Below are positions 1-9,715 of a stretch of 64,000 nt of DNA, piece after piece. The translations under genes were made by a program, and so were the position numbers. Position 1 is the first letter of the stretch. Each line of letters opens with the position of its first letter. The notes under the pieces are model-generated. The model did no database searches and was not told the origin of the DNA. It worked only from the letters and a program-made list of their open reading frames with translations. The stretch is from Eubacteriales bacterium (GTDB lineage: Bacteria > Bacillota > Clostridia > Oscillospirales > UMGS1783): contig JAZOAH010000028.1 in NCBI GenBank assembly GCA_045595395.1, positions 158,897 through 222,896 of the forward strand, read 5' to 3'.

Positions 1-29
1 CCATGCTGCGAGCTCTCAATCGGATTCTT

Positions 30-1043
30 TTATTCTACATAACCGCCGGGGTTTTTCTGCTGCCAGCGCCAGGCATCGACGCACATATCGTCGAGGGTGC
101 GCTTGGCTTTCCAGCCCAGCACATGATTGGCATTGGTGGGATCGGCCAGGCAGACCGCCACATCGCCGGGGCGGCGATCGACGATACGGTAGGGCACCTT
201 CACGCCTGTGGCACGCTCAAAGGCACCGATGATATCCAGCACCGAGTAACCGACACCCGTGCCGAGGTTAAATACCTCCAGGCCACGGTTTTCACGAAAA
301 CGGCCAAGAGCCGCCACATGGCCTTCCGCCAGATCCATAACATGAATATAGTCACGTACGCCGGTACCGTCATGGGTATCATAATCGTTACCAAAGACCA
401 TCAGTTCCTTGCGCGTACCGTCGGCCACCTGCAAAAGCAGCGGCAGCAGGTTGTTGGGACGGTCACCCGAATCCTCGCCGATCTCACCCGATTCATGCGA
501 GCCGATAGGATTGAAATAACGCAGAACGACAGCGTTGAAATGCGGATCGGCCTTGCAGATATCCCGCAGGATCTCCTCGGTCATAACCTTGGTCATGCCG
601 TATGGGTTGGTGGCCGAAATGGGATATTCCTCTTTGGCAGGCATCGGATTATGATCACCGTAAACGGTGGCGCTGGACGAAAAAACAAAGTTATGTACGC
701 CGTATTTGTTCATCGACGCCAAAATATTCATCAAACCAATGAGGTTGTTCGCATAGTATTTTAAGGGCTTCTCGACACTCTCACCCACCGCCTTAAAGGC
801 AGCGAAATAGATGACGGCATCAATGTCCCGCCCCTCAAACACCGCATCGCTCTGTTTGGGATCACAGAAGTCGGCTTTGACAAATTCAAAATCCTGTCCC
901 GACACCTCGCGGGTACGGACAAGAGCCATAGGCTTGCTGTTACTGAAATTATCGGCGCAAACGATTTCAAAGCCGTTTTCCGCCAGGGCTACACAGGTGT
1001 GCGTACCGATATACCCGGCGCCGCCGGCAACCAGAACCTTCAT
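30..1043 (-). CDS. galE: UDP-glucose 4-epimerase
   Basis: Rossmann N-terminus MKVLVAGGAGYIGTH and end-to-end GalE-like sequence. Start placed at ATG 1043 behind a GGGAGG SD; the ORF track extends 7 codons further. Confidence 0.9.
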   Translation of the reverse strand: MKVLVAGGAGYIGTHTCVALAENGFEIVCADNFSNSKPMALVRTREVSGQDFEFVKADFCDPKQSDAVFEGRDIDAVIYFAAFKAVGESVEKPLKYYANNLIGLMNILASMNKYGVHNFVFSSSATVYGDHNPMPAKEEYPISATNPYGMTKVMTEEILRDICKADPHFNAVVLRYFNPIGSHESGEIGEDSGDRPNNLLPLLLQVADGTRKELMVFGNDYDTHDGTGVRDYIHVMDLAEGHVAALGRFRENRGLEVFNLGTGVGYSVLDIIGAFERATGVKVPYRIVDRRPGDVAVCLADPTNANHVLGWKAKRTLDDMCVDAWRWQQKNPGGYVE

Positions 1044-1170
1044 AAAAAAGACCTCCCTAATCATATGATATCTCTATCATAACACAAAAAAGAGAAAATG
1101 CAAACAGATTAAATAATTCTTTCCTTGTCTTTTTGTGTATTTCGTGATAAGATACCTTCGAGGTGTTTTG

Positions 1171-1938
1171 ATGAAAAAACCATGGATTCTATCCCTGTTT
1201 GCCGCCACACTGATCGTTGTCGGCGTCGGGTTATGTTTTATTTCCGCCTTTTTGGGCGATACTACCGATGATATTGAATTTATTCCCCTGCCCCAAGAAG
1301 AACTGGCCGCCTGCCCCGGCAGCGAGCCGCTCGAGCTGCGTCCGATTTCCAAACAAGAGCCGATCCCTCTGTCCAAGGCCGCCTACCGCCCGGCTGTGAG
1401 CGATGACTATTTTGATGATGCCCTCTTTATCGGGGATTCTCTCACCAACGGTCTGGAGTTGTTCGGCACTCTCAAGAACGCAGCCTATTTCTGCGCCACC
1501 AGCGCCACCGTTGCCGGCACCTTGGCCGCTCCGGCGCTGGATGAGCATCTGTCCACCCATTCCTACAACACCGTTTACCTCATGCTTGGCATCAATGAAA
1601 TGGGCACCAATCCTGCCGTCTACGCCGATCACATGGGACAGTTGATCGATCTGGTACGCAGCCGTCAGCCCCACGCTCGCATCTGCCTGCAGACCATTCT
1701 GCCTGTCGTACCCGAATTGACCTGGTCGGAAAAGGTCTTTTCGGTTGCCAACATTCAGGCCGCCAATGCCGCTCTGCGGCAACTGGCCGATACCAAACAA
1801 GTCACCTTAGTCGATACCTATTATGCCTTTGCCGACCAAGACGGCCGCATGCCCGACGGCGTGACCCGTGACGGCGTTCACCTGCAGGCCAAAAACTATG
1901 CCATTTGGTGTGATTATCTGCGCACCCACACCCCATAA
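1171..1938 (+). CDS. membrane-anchored SGNH/GDSL hydrolase
   Basis: N-terminal hydrophobic helix (ILSLFAATLIVVGVGLCFISAF), block I FIGDSLTNG and block V DGVHL. ATG 1171 follows a GAGGTG SD. Confidence 0.7.
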   Translation: MKKPWILSLFAATLIVVGVGLCFISAFLGDTTDDIEFIPLPQEELAACPGSEPLELRPISKQEPIPLSKAAYRPAVSDDYFDDALFIGDSLTNGLELFGTLKNAAYFCATSATVAGTLAAPALDEHLSTHSYNTVYLMLGINEMGTNPAVYADHMGQLIDLVRSRQPHARICLQTILPVVPELTWSEKVFSVANIQAANAALRQLADTKQVTLVDTYYAFADQDGRMPDGVTRDGVHLQAKNYAIWCDYLRTHTP

Positions 1939-1948
1939 GGAGGCACTT

Positions 1949-2860
1949 ATGATCTACACATCCGCCGATCAGCTCATCGGCAACACCCCGCTGCTGGAGC
2001 TGACCCATATCGACACTCCGGCCACAATCCTGGCTAAACTGGAATATTTCAACCCCGCCGGCTCGGTCAAGGACCGTGTTGCGCTGGCCATGATCAACGA
2101 TGCCGAGAAAAAGGGTCTTCTCGTCCCGGGCTCGGTCATTATCGAGCCAACCAGCGGCAATACCGGCATCGGCCTGTCCTGCGTCGCCGCCGCCCGCGGC
2201 TATCAAACCGTCATCGTCATGCCCAACAGCATGTCGGTCGAGCGTCAGCAGATCATGAAGGCCTATGGTGCCCAGCTGGTGCTGACCCCCGGCCATGAGG
2301 GCATGAGCGGCGCCATCCGCAAAGCCGAAGAGATCGCCGCCCGCACGCCCAACAGTTTTATTGCCGGCCAGTTCACCAACCCGGCTAACCCCCAAGCCCA
2401 CTACGACACCACCGGCCCCGAACTGTGGCACGACACCGACGGCAAAATCGACATCTTTGTCGCAGGCGTCGGTACCGGCGGCACAATAACCGGCATCGGC
2501 CGATATCTCAAAGAGAAAAACGCCGCCATCCAAGTCGTCGCCGTCGAACCGGCCGCCTCACCCCTGCTTTCGGGTGGCACCGCCGCCGCACACGGCCTGC
2601 AAGGCATCGGCGCTAACTTCATTCCCGATATCCTCGACACCTCGGTCTATGACGAGGTCTTCCCCGTCACCGAAGAGCAAGCCTATGACGCCGCCCGCCT
2701 TCTGGGCGCACGTGAGGGCATCCTGGTCGGCATCTCCTCAGGTGCGGCACTCCACGTCGCTCTGTCCATCGCCGCCCGCCCCGAAAATAAAGGAAAAACC
2801 ATTGCCGTGCTCCTGCCCGACACGGGTGACCGCTATTTGTCCACACCATTGTTTGAATAA
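1949..2860 (+). CDS. cysK: cysteine synthase A (O-acetylserine sulfhydrylase)
   Basis: IGNTPLLEL, NPAGSVKDR and GVGTGGTITG motifs. ATG 1949 follows an AAGGAGG SD; the ORF track start at 1868 is an upstream extension. Confidence 0.9.
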   Translation: MIYTSADQLIGNTPLLELTHIDTPATILAKLEYFNPAGSVKDRVALAMINDAEKKGLLVPGSVIIEPTSGNTGIGLSCVAAARGYQTVIVMPNSMSVERQQIMKAYGAQLVLTPGHEGMSGAIRKAEEIAARTPNSFIAGQFTNPANPQAHYDTTGPELWHDTDGKIDIFVAGVGTGGTITGIGRYLKEKNAAIQVVAVEPAASPLLSGGTAAAHGLQGIGANFIPDILDTSVYDEVFPVTEEQAYDAARLLGAREGILVGISSGAALHVALSIAARPENKGKTIAVLLPDTGDRYLSTPLFE

Positions 2861-2874
2861 AAAGGAGAGGCCTC

Positions 2875-4866
2875 ATGCGATCCTATACCAACGCCGAGTT
2901 ATCCCAAAACAGCCTGTATCTGGAAGCCTTATCTCATCAATACCGCTCCATCCGAGCCGTGGCCGCTGAGATCATCAATCTGCGAGCCATCCTCGATCTG
3001 CCCAAGGGCACCGAGCATTTTATGTCCGACATCCACGGCGAGTATGAGTCCTTTCGCCACATTCTCAATAACAGTTCGGGCACCATTCGGGAAAAGATCG
3101 ACGTTCTGTTTAAGGACACCCTCCCCCGTCACGAGCGGGCCGAGTTGGCCACCTTGATCTATTACCCCCGCCCCAAACTCAAAGAGATTCTGGCCCACAC
3201 CCGCGACAAGGAGGAATACTATCGAATTACCCTCTTTCGTCTACTCAAGATCTGCAGTCTTGTCGCCTCCAAATATACACGCAGCAAGGTACGCAAGGCA
3301 CTGCCGACCTCCTATGCCTATATCTTGGATGAGCTCCTATACAGCAACAGCGTCAACAACCAAAATCGGGACGCCTATCAGGAAAATATCATAACCTCCA
3401 TTATCGACCTAGGGCAGGCCGAGCCGATGATCGTCGCCCTATCCTCCACCATCAAACGCCTGATCGTTGATCGGCTGCATATCGTAGGGGATATTTTTGA
3501 CCGCGGCTCCCGCCCCGATATCGTCGTGGACGATCTGATCGCCCACCATCGGGTCGATATTCAATGGGGCAATCATGATATTCTATGGATGGGCGCAGCC
3601 TCGGGCAGCTATGCCTGCATCGCCAACGCCCTCAATAACGCCTTCTCCTACGGCAACCTGGACACCATCGAGGTCGGCTACGGCATCAGTCTTCGTCCGC
3701 TGGCCCAGTTTGCCGCCAAAACCTATAATCATACTGACCTTTCCTGCTTTATGCCCAAGGAAGCCGGCGATACCCTTTCCTATACCGCCAATTCCCCTGC
3801 TCTGGTTGCAGGCATGCACAAGGCCATTGCCGTCATGCTCTTCAAACTGGAGGGTGACGTCATCCGCCGCCATCCCGATTTCCATATGGAAGATCGCCTG
3901 CTACTCAATCAGATCGACTACCAAAACGGCACGGTAATGATCAACGACACGGCATACCCTCTCAAGGATCATGATTTTCCCACCGTCGATCCCGCCGAGC
4001 CCTACCGGTTGACCGAGGAAGAGCAAGAGGTCATCGAACAGCTCAAAATGGCCTTTCATCACAGCGAAAAATTACAGCACCATGTTGACTTTCTCTTCTC
4101 CAAGGGCGGCCTGTATAAATGCTGCAACAACAATCTCCTTTTCCACGGCTGCATCCCCATGAACGAGGACGGCACCTTGATGGATCTGTCCATCACCGGC
4201 CAACCCCTCCACGGCAAAGCCCTGCTCGACTCGATCGAGCGCATCATTCGAAGCGGCTATCACGCCCCCTCCAACTCCGAGGAGCGAGCCCGTGCCAATG
4301 ATTTCATGTGGTTTTTGTGGTGCGGCCGCCACTCTCCCCTCTTTGGCCGCAACCGCATGCGCACCTTTGAACGGTTGCTCATCCAAGACCCCGCAACCCA
4401 TACCGAAGAGCGCAACCCCTATTACCAACTCTACGAAAACGAAGCCGCCTGCCAGAAGATCCTGCAGGAATTCGGCTACGACAACCCCCACAGCCATATC
4501 ATCAACGGCCACATCCCCGTCCGCCGCATCAAGGGCGAAAGCCCCATCAAAGCCGGCGGCCGACTCATCGTGATCGACGGCGGCTTTTGCCACTCCTATT
4601 TAAACAAAACAGGTACCGCCGGCTACACCTTGGTCTACAACTCATACTGCATGCGCATCATCGCCCACGAGCCCTTTGAGGGCACCGCCAAGGCCATCTC
4701 GCAAAATCAGGACATCTCCTCCTCCACCGTCATCTTTGATGTGATGGAAAACCGCATCCCCGTTTCCCAAACCGATGACGGCGAGAACATCCGCCAACGC
4801 ATCGAGGGCCTGACCATGCTGCTGGCCGCCTACCAAAACGGCTTTCTCAAAGAGATCGAAGAATAA
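2875..4866 (+). CDS. fbp: fructose-1,6-bisphosphatase, class 3
   Basis: 663 aa. Class 3 FBPase N-terminus (YLEALS...INLRAILDLPKGTEHFMSDIHGEYESF) and the length typical of the Firmicutes YydE/Fbp family. Confidence 0.9.
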   Translation: MRSYTNAELSQNSLYLEALSHQYRSIRAVAAEIINLRAILDLPKGTEHFMSDIHGEYESFRHILNNSSGTIREKIDVLFKDTLPRHERAELATLIYYPRPKLKEILAHTRDKEEYYRITLFRLLKICSLVASKYTRSKVRKALPTSYAYILDELLYSNSVNNQNRDAYQENIITSIIDLGQAEPMIVALSSTIKRLIVDRLHIVGDIFDRGSRPDIVVDDLIAHHRVDIQWGNHDILWMGAASGSYACIANALNNAFSYGNLDTIEVGYGISLRPLAQFAAKTYNHTDLSCFMPKEAGDTLSYTANSPALVAGMHKAIAVMLFKLEGDVIRRHPDFHMEDRLLLNQIDYQNGTVMINDTAYPLKDHDFPTVDPAEPYRLTEEEQEVIEQLKMAFHHSEKLQHHVDFLFSKGGLYKCCNNNLLFHGCIPMNEDGTLMDLSITGQPLHGKALLDSIERIIRSGYHAPSNSEERARANDFMWFLWCGRHSPLFGRNRMRTFERLLIQDPATHTEERNPYYQLYENEAACQKILQEFGYDNPHSHIINGHIPVRRIKGESPIKAGGRLIVIDGGFCHSYLNKTGTAGYTLVYNSYCMRIIAHEPFEGTAKAISQNQDISSSTVIFDVMENRIPVSQTDDGENIRQRIEGLTMLLAAYQNGFLKEIEE

Positions 4867-4869
4867 CAC

Positions 4870-4900
4870 AAAACGGCACTTCATACCGAAGTGCCGTTTT
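4870..4900. terminator. bidirectional rho-independent terminator between fbp and lysA
   Basis: Perfect stem acggcacttc/gaagtgccgt with a 5-nt loop, flanked by an A-run and a T-run. It lies between convergent genes. Confidence 0.7.
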
Positions 4901-4903
4901 CCT

Positions 4904-6190
4904 TTATACATCCAGATCTACAAGATCCTCGTAGCTTTCACGCTTGACCGCAAGATAACTCTCGCCGCCCCGCAGCATCACCACCGGCGGCCGAGGAATG
5001 CGATTGTAATTGGAGGCCATGGAATAGTGATAAGCCCCCGTCGTCAGACAGGCCAGCAGATCGCCACGCACCATCGACTCGGGCATCGGCACATCCCTCT
5101 GCAGGATATCACCGCTCTCGCAGCACCGCCCAGCCACCGTCACCGCCATCGTACACGGCTCGTCCATCTTGGTCGCCGGCAAAATGGTGTAGGGTGCACC
5201 GTACATGGCATGCCGCACATTATCGGTCATGCCGCCGTCAACCGACAGATAGGTCAGATACCCCAGTATCTTTTTGCACGACCCCACCGTATACAGCGTC
5301 AAGCCCGCATCAGCCACCATGCTGCGCCCCGGCTCAAACCCGATAACCGGCATCGCCAACCCCAATTCTTCGCACTTGCTCTTAACAAAATCGGCAATCT
5401 CCCGAATATTTCGGGCAATATCGGCCGTCGGCTGCTCTTTGATATACCGCACGCCGAAACCGCCGCCCAGATCCAGCTGCTCGGCCACATATCCGGTCTC
5501 TTTTTTGATCTGCGCCATAAAACGCAGCATCACATCGGCACTCGCCAAAAATACATCCGGCTCAAACACCTGCGACCCCACATGACAATGGAATCCGCAC
5601 AGCTCAATGTTCTCACAACCCAATGCCTTATTGACGATATCGGTCGCCTGCCCGGTCGCTATGGCAAACCCGAACTTGGAATCGACCTTCCCCGTCGCCA
5701 CCGCCTCATAGGTGTGCGGATCAATGCCCGGTGTTAAGCGGATCAGAATCTTCTGCCTTCCCTTCGCCAGCCGATCAATGGCGTATAATTCTTCTTCATT
5801 ATCGACCACAAAATACCCGATGCCCATCTCCATCGCCAGGGCAATATCGGCATCAGACTTGTTATTGGAATGAAAATAGGCACGGCTCAGATCAAATCCC
5901 GCCGCCTTGGCCGTAAACATCTCGCCCGGCGACACCACGTCGATCCCCACGCCCTCTTCCTTCATGATCTGATACAGGCGCTTATAAGATGCCGCCTTGG
6001 AAGCATAGAGCACCATGCCCTTCTCCCCGAAATTCTCCCGCACCGCCGCCAAATACTCACGGCAATGCAAACGGATGCGATCCTCATCCATCAGATACAG
6101 CGGCGTGCCGTACCGGGCGGCAAGCTCTGCCGTATCCTGTCCGGCAAAATATAAATGTCCGTCCTTGACCGACAGATTTTCACAGATCAT
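4904..6190 (-). CDS. lysA: diaminopimelate decarboxylase
   Basis: 428 aa with a PLP-dependent group IV decarboxylase pattern (GFHCHVGSQ, CESGD). ATGA overlap with the ddh stop. Confidence 0.9.
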   Translation of the reverse strand: MICENLSVKDGHLYFAGQDTAELAARYGTPLYLMDEDRIRLHCREYLAAVRENFGEKGMVLYASKAASYKRLYQIMKEEGVGIDVVSPGEMFTAKAAGFDLSRAYFHSNNKSDADIALAMEMGIGYFVVDNEEELYAIDRLAKGRQKILIRLTPGIDPHTYEAVATGKVDSKFGFAIATGQATDIVNKALGCENIELCGFHCHVGSQVFEPDVFLASADVMLRFMAQIKKETGYVAEQLDLGGGFGVRYIKEQPTADIARNIREIADFVKSKCEELGLAMPVIGFEPGRSMVADAGLTLYTVGSCKKILGYLTYLSVDGGMTDNVRHAMYGAPYTILPATKMDEPCTMAVTVAGRCCESGDILQRDVPMPESMVRGDLLACLTTGAYHYSMASNYNRIPRPPVVMLRGGESYLAVKRESYEDLVDLDV

Positions 6191-7164
6191 AACATCTTCT
6201 CCCGTAACTGCTCGGCACTGAGCATCGACAACTCGGCCGGCGCCACATCAAAAACGGTGACGCAGCCACGCTCACCCTTGCCCGCCTTGCGCCAAACAGC
6301 TCGTGCATAGGCCACCAGCACCGATGCGGTAAATTCAGGGTTGGAATCCAGCTCCAATCGATATTCAATGCAATGCTTATGCTCATTCTTTACGCCGGTG
6401 CACCCGGTGCGAATGACCATCCCCCCATGCGGCAGCCCATGATGCTCGGCATCCAACTGCTCCTGCGAGATAAAGGTCACCGTCGTATCATAATCGGCAA
6501 AATAGTTGGGCATATTGACGATCTCACGCTCGATCCGTTCCTTGTCCGCCCCCTCTTTTGCCACCACAAAACACTCTCGAGTATGCTTTTGCCGGGTCGT
6601 CAAATCGGGATTGGCACCGCTGCGCACCGCCGCCAAGGCCGCCTCGACCGGCACGGTGTATTGGCGTGCATCCTGCACCCCTTCAATGCGCCGAATGGCG
6701 TCCGAATGCCCCTGGCTGACCCCTCGACCCCAGAAGGTATAATCCTGCCCCTGCGGCAAGATCGCAGAGGCATACAAACGATTGAGCGAGAACAGGCCGG
6801 GATCCCAGCCCGCTGCGATCAAAGCCACATGTCCGCTCTCCCGTGCCGCCGCATCCACCGCCGCAAAATGGGCCGGGATCTTGGCATGGGTGTCAAAACT
6901 GTCCACCACATGAAAATGCCTCGTAAGCATCGGCGTCATCTCAGGCAGATCGGTGGCACTGCCGCCGCACAGGATCAGCACGTCAATGCTATCCTGAAAT
7001 TCCAATACCCGCTCAGCCGCATAGACCGGGATGTCGGTCAGCGTCTTGACGGTGTCGGGGTCGCGGCGGGTAAATACTCCCACCATCTCCATATCGGCGT
7101 TCTGCCGCACGGCACACTCGACTCCACGCCCTAAATTTCCGTATCCGTAAATGGCAATTCTCAT
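6187..7164 (-). CDS. ddh: meso-diaminopimelate D-dehydrogenase
   Basis: 325 aa with N-terminal MRIAIYGYGNLGRG and a Ddh-family body. Embedded between dapB and lysA. Confidence 0.85.
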   Translation of the reverse strand: MRIAIYGYGNLGRGVECAVRQNADMEMVGVFTRRDPDTVKTLTDIPVYAAERVLEFQDSIDVLILCGGSATDLPEMTPMLTRHFHVVDSFDTHAKIPAHFAAVDAAARESGHVALIAAGWDPGLFSLNRLYASAILPQGQDYTFWGRGVSQGHSDAIRRIEGVQDARQYTVPVEAALAAVRSGANPDLTTRQKHTRECFVVAKEGADKERIEREIVNMPNYFADYDTTVTFISQEQLDAEHHGLPHGGMVIRTGCTGVKNEHKHCIEYRLELDSNPEFTASVLVAYARAVWRKAGKGERGCVTVFDVAPAELSMLSAEQLREKML

Positions 7165-7165
7165 T

Positions 7166-7912
7166 TTATTCTCCGATCATGCTCTTCATATCATACAGCC
7201 CCGCCGGCTTGCCGCACAGAAAATCGGCCGCCGCCAGAGCACCCTCGGCAAACAAAGCCCGATTATAGGCCTCATGCTTTAAGGTGACGCACTGATTCTT
7301 GGTCCCGACCAGCACCTCATGAATGCCGACGATATTTCCCATGCGCACGCTGTGGATACCGATCTCCTTTTCGGTGCGCTTGCCCTGGCCGGTACGTCCC
7401 GACACCACTGTGGCGTCCTCACGCACCCGGCTAATGGCATCGGCAATCGCCAGCGCCGTGCCGGAGGGCGCATCCACCTTGCGGTCATGATGATGCTCGA
7501 TGATCTCGATCTCGGCATCAGGCATAGCCTTGGCCGTCTGAACCGCCAACTCGATCAGCAAAGCAACCCCCAACGAATAGTTGGCCGCAAAAAACAAGGG
7601 GATCTCCTTGGCCGCCTCGACGATCGCCGCCTTTTCCTGCGCCGTCTGACCGGTGGTGGCCAGCACCAGCGGTAGCCGATGCTTCACGGCAAAGGCCAGC
7701 AGGTCGTTGGTGCAGGCATGATGGGAAAAATCAATGATGCAATCGACATCAGCGCAGGCATTGGAAAAATCGGCCGCACAGGGCACACATTCACTGCCGT
7801 CAGCCTTTACATCCACACCGGCCACCAACTGTGCGCCACGATAGCCGTCCTTGGCCAGCGCCGCCACTTCTTTTCCCATATAGCCGCACAGGCCGCTCAC
7901 CAAAAGTCTCAT
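7166..7912 (-). CDS. dapB: 4-hydroxy-tetrahydrodipicolinate reductase
   Basis: 248 aa with the DapB signature EIIEHHHDRKVDAPSGTA. Confidence 0.9.
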   Translation of the reverse strand: MRLLVSGLCGYMGKEVAALAKDGYRGAQLVAGVDVKADGSECVPCAADFSNACADVDCIIDFSHHACTNDLLAFAVKHRLPLVLATTGQTAQEKAAIVEAAKEIPLFFAANYSLGVALLIELAVQTAKAMPDAEIEIIEHHHDRKVDAPSGTALAIADAISRVREDATVVSGRTGQGKRTEKEIGIHSVRMGNIVGIHEVLVGTKNQCVTLKHEAYNRALFAEGALAAADFLCGKPAGLYDMKSMIGE

Positions 7913-7915
7913 TCT

Positions 7916-8797
7916 TTACACATCCAATCCGTTTTCTCTCATAAGTCCAAGCAGTTTTTGCTCATTGGCCGACTCCATCGGCGTCAAGGGCAGACGCAGA
8001 ATATTGTCACACCAGCCCATGGCCGCACACGCCGCCTTGACCGGAATGGGGTTGACCTCGCAGAAGAGGGCATCGACCAGCGGCAACAACTTCAGTTGCG
8101 CCTCGCAAGCCGCCTTGACACGGCCCTGTGCAAAGTCACGGCACATCTGCGCCGTCTGCGCCGGCAAAATGTTGGACAGTACCGAAATAACACCCTTACC
8201 GCCCAGCGACATGACCGGCACGATCTGATCGTCATTGCCCGAATAGATATCAATATCACAGGCAGCCGCCACCTGGGCGATCTGCGAGATATTACCGCTG
8301 GCCTCCTTGATGGCCACGATGTTCGGATGCTTAGCCAACTCGGCCACAGTAGCCGGCAGCATATTACAGCCGGTACGTCCCGGTACATTATACAGAATGC
8401 ACGGCTTGGTCGATGCATCGGCAATGGCGGTAAAGGAGGCGATCAGTCCCTTTTGCGTCGCCTTATTATAATAAGGGGTCACCACCAGCATGGCATCGGC
8501 TCCCACCTCACAAGCATACTCGGTCAGTTCAATCGCATAGGCAATATCATTCGAGCCGGTGCCGGCAATAACGGGCACACGCCCCGCCACCTTTTCCACG
8601 CAAAAGCGAATGACCTCTTTATGCTCGGCATCGGTCAGGGTCGAGCCCTCGCCGGTCGTGCCGGCGGCAACGATGGCATCAATGCCCTGCTCGATCTGCC
8701 AATCGATCATAGCGCCGAAACGCTCATAATCGACACCCCCCTCATTCATCGGGGTGATAATGGCGGTGGCCGCTCCGGTAAATACTGTCTTTTTCAT
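7916..8797 (-). CDS. dapA: 4-hydroxy-tetrahydrodipicolinate synthase
   Basis: 293 aa, DapA/NAL family (GTTGEGSTLT, YNVPGRTG, IVAIKEASG). Confidence 0.9.
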   Translation of the reverse strand: MKKTVFTGAATAIITPMNEGGVDYERFGAMIDWQIEQGIDAIVAAGTTGEGSTLTDAEHKEVIRFCVEKVAGRVPVIAGTGSNDIAYAIELTEYACEVGADAMLVVTPYYNKATQKGLIASFTAIADASTKPCILYNVPGRTGCNMLPATVAELAKHPNIVAIKEASGNISQIAQVAAACDIDIYSGNDDQIVPVMSLGGKGVISVLSNILPAQTAQMCRDFAQGRVKAACEAQLKLLPLVDALFCEVNPIPVKAACAAMGWCDNILRLPLTPMESANEQKLLGLMRENGLDV

Positions 8798-8814
8798 CTT
8801 GCTTCTCCTTTGTA

Positions 8815-9025
8815 TACAGAAAGGCAGTCTCCACGGAGACTGCCTAAAAACAACAAAAGCGTTGATTCGATAGCACTCCGCATTGCTGCGACAGCAGGGC
8901 GGATATTCTCCGAACTGCCAGCCGAATGTCTTGCCAAAACATCCGCTTCGGCACCCTCACCTTTCCTCGGCGGCTTTGGCAGCCGTTTGTCCCCGAGTAC
9001 TCTTTTCAGGTGCGCCTCTATCTGT
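8815..9025 (-). promoter_or_regulatory. lysine (L-box) riboswitch with terminator expression platform
   Basis: The minus strand reads AUAGAGGCGC...AAGAGUA...GAGGAAAGGUGAGGGUGCCGAAGC...UGGC...CUGUCGC, which matches L-box conserved blocks. It is followed by the hairpin aggcagtctcc/ggagactgcct (8822..8845) and UUUCU, just upstream of the dapA ATG. Confidence 0.8.
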
Positions 9026-9033
9026 TTTTTATT

Positions 9034-9062
9034 ATTCTATCATGCGCATATGCGCTTGTCAA
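9034..9062 (-). promoter_or_regulatory. sigma-A type promoter of the lysine operon leader
   Basis: Minus strand TTGACA (9062..9057), 17-nt spacer, TAGAAT (9039..9034). The spacer contains the palindrome GCGCATATGCGC (9044..9055). Confidence 0.5.
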
Positions 9063-9064
9063 TA

Positions 9065-9715
9065 TTATTTCGTCATCTTTTCCTGCTTTACCTTATGGTC
9101 AATGACATGGCGAGAGGCCAACTCCCGATGGATATCCTCCAAAGAAATACCGTTCTGGATCATCAGCACCATCACATGATAAGCCAGATCGGCGATCTCA
9201 TAGATCGTTTCCTTCTTGTCATTGTCCTTGGCGGCAATGATGACCTCGGTGCACTCCTCGCCCACCTTTTTGAGGATCTTATCCAGTCCCTTTTCAAACA
9301 AATAGGTGGTGTAAGAGCCTTCCTTCTTGTCGGTCTTGCGCCCTTCGATCAGTTTCATCAGCCCCTGCAACGAGAACTCATGCAGTTCCTCGCTCTCCCA
9401 GATCGGATTTTCAAAGCAGGATTCGGTACCCAGATGGCAGGCGGGACCGTCGGGTTCAACCATAACGGTCAGCGCATCGTAGTCGCAATCGGCGGTGATG
9501 GATACGATATGCTGGTAGTTACCGCTGGTCTCTCCCTTCAACCACAGTTCCTGTCGGGAACGGCTCCAAAAACAGGTCAAGCCCTTCTCCATCGAGATGC
9601 GCAGGCTCTCCTCATTCATATAGGCCAGGGTCAGCACCCGCTTGGTCACGCCATCGACCACAATAGCAGGGATCAGTCCCTTTTCATCAAATTTCAGCTT
9701 GCTGATATCGATCAT
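9065..9715 (-). CDS. hisI: bifunctional phosphoribosyl-AMP cyclohydrolase / phosphoribosyl-ATP diphosphatase
   Basis: 216 aa. HisI block ([19 protein letters not shown]) fused to a HisE block ([20 protein letters not shown]). Confidence 0.9.
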   Translation of the reverse strand: MIDISKLKFDEKGLIPAIVVDGVTKRVLTLAYMNEESLRISMEKGLTCFWSRSRQELWLKGETSGNYQHIVSITADCDYDALTVMVEPDGPACHLGTESCFENPIWESEELHEFSLQGLMKLIEGRKTDKKEGSYTTYLFEKGLDKILKKVGEECTEVIIAAKDNDKKETIYEIADLAYHVMVLMIQNGISLEDIHRELASRHVIDHKVKQEKMTK

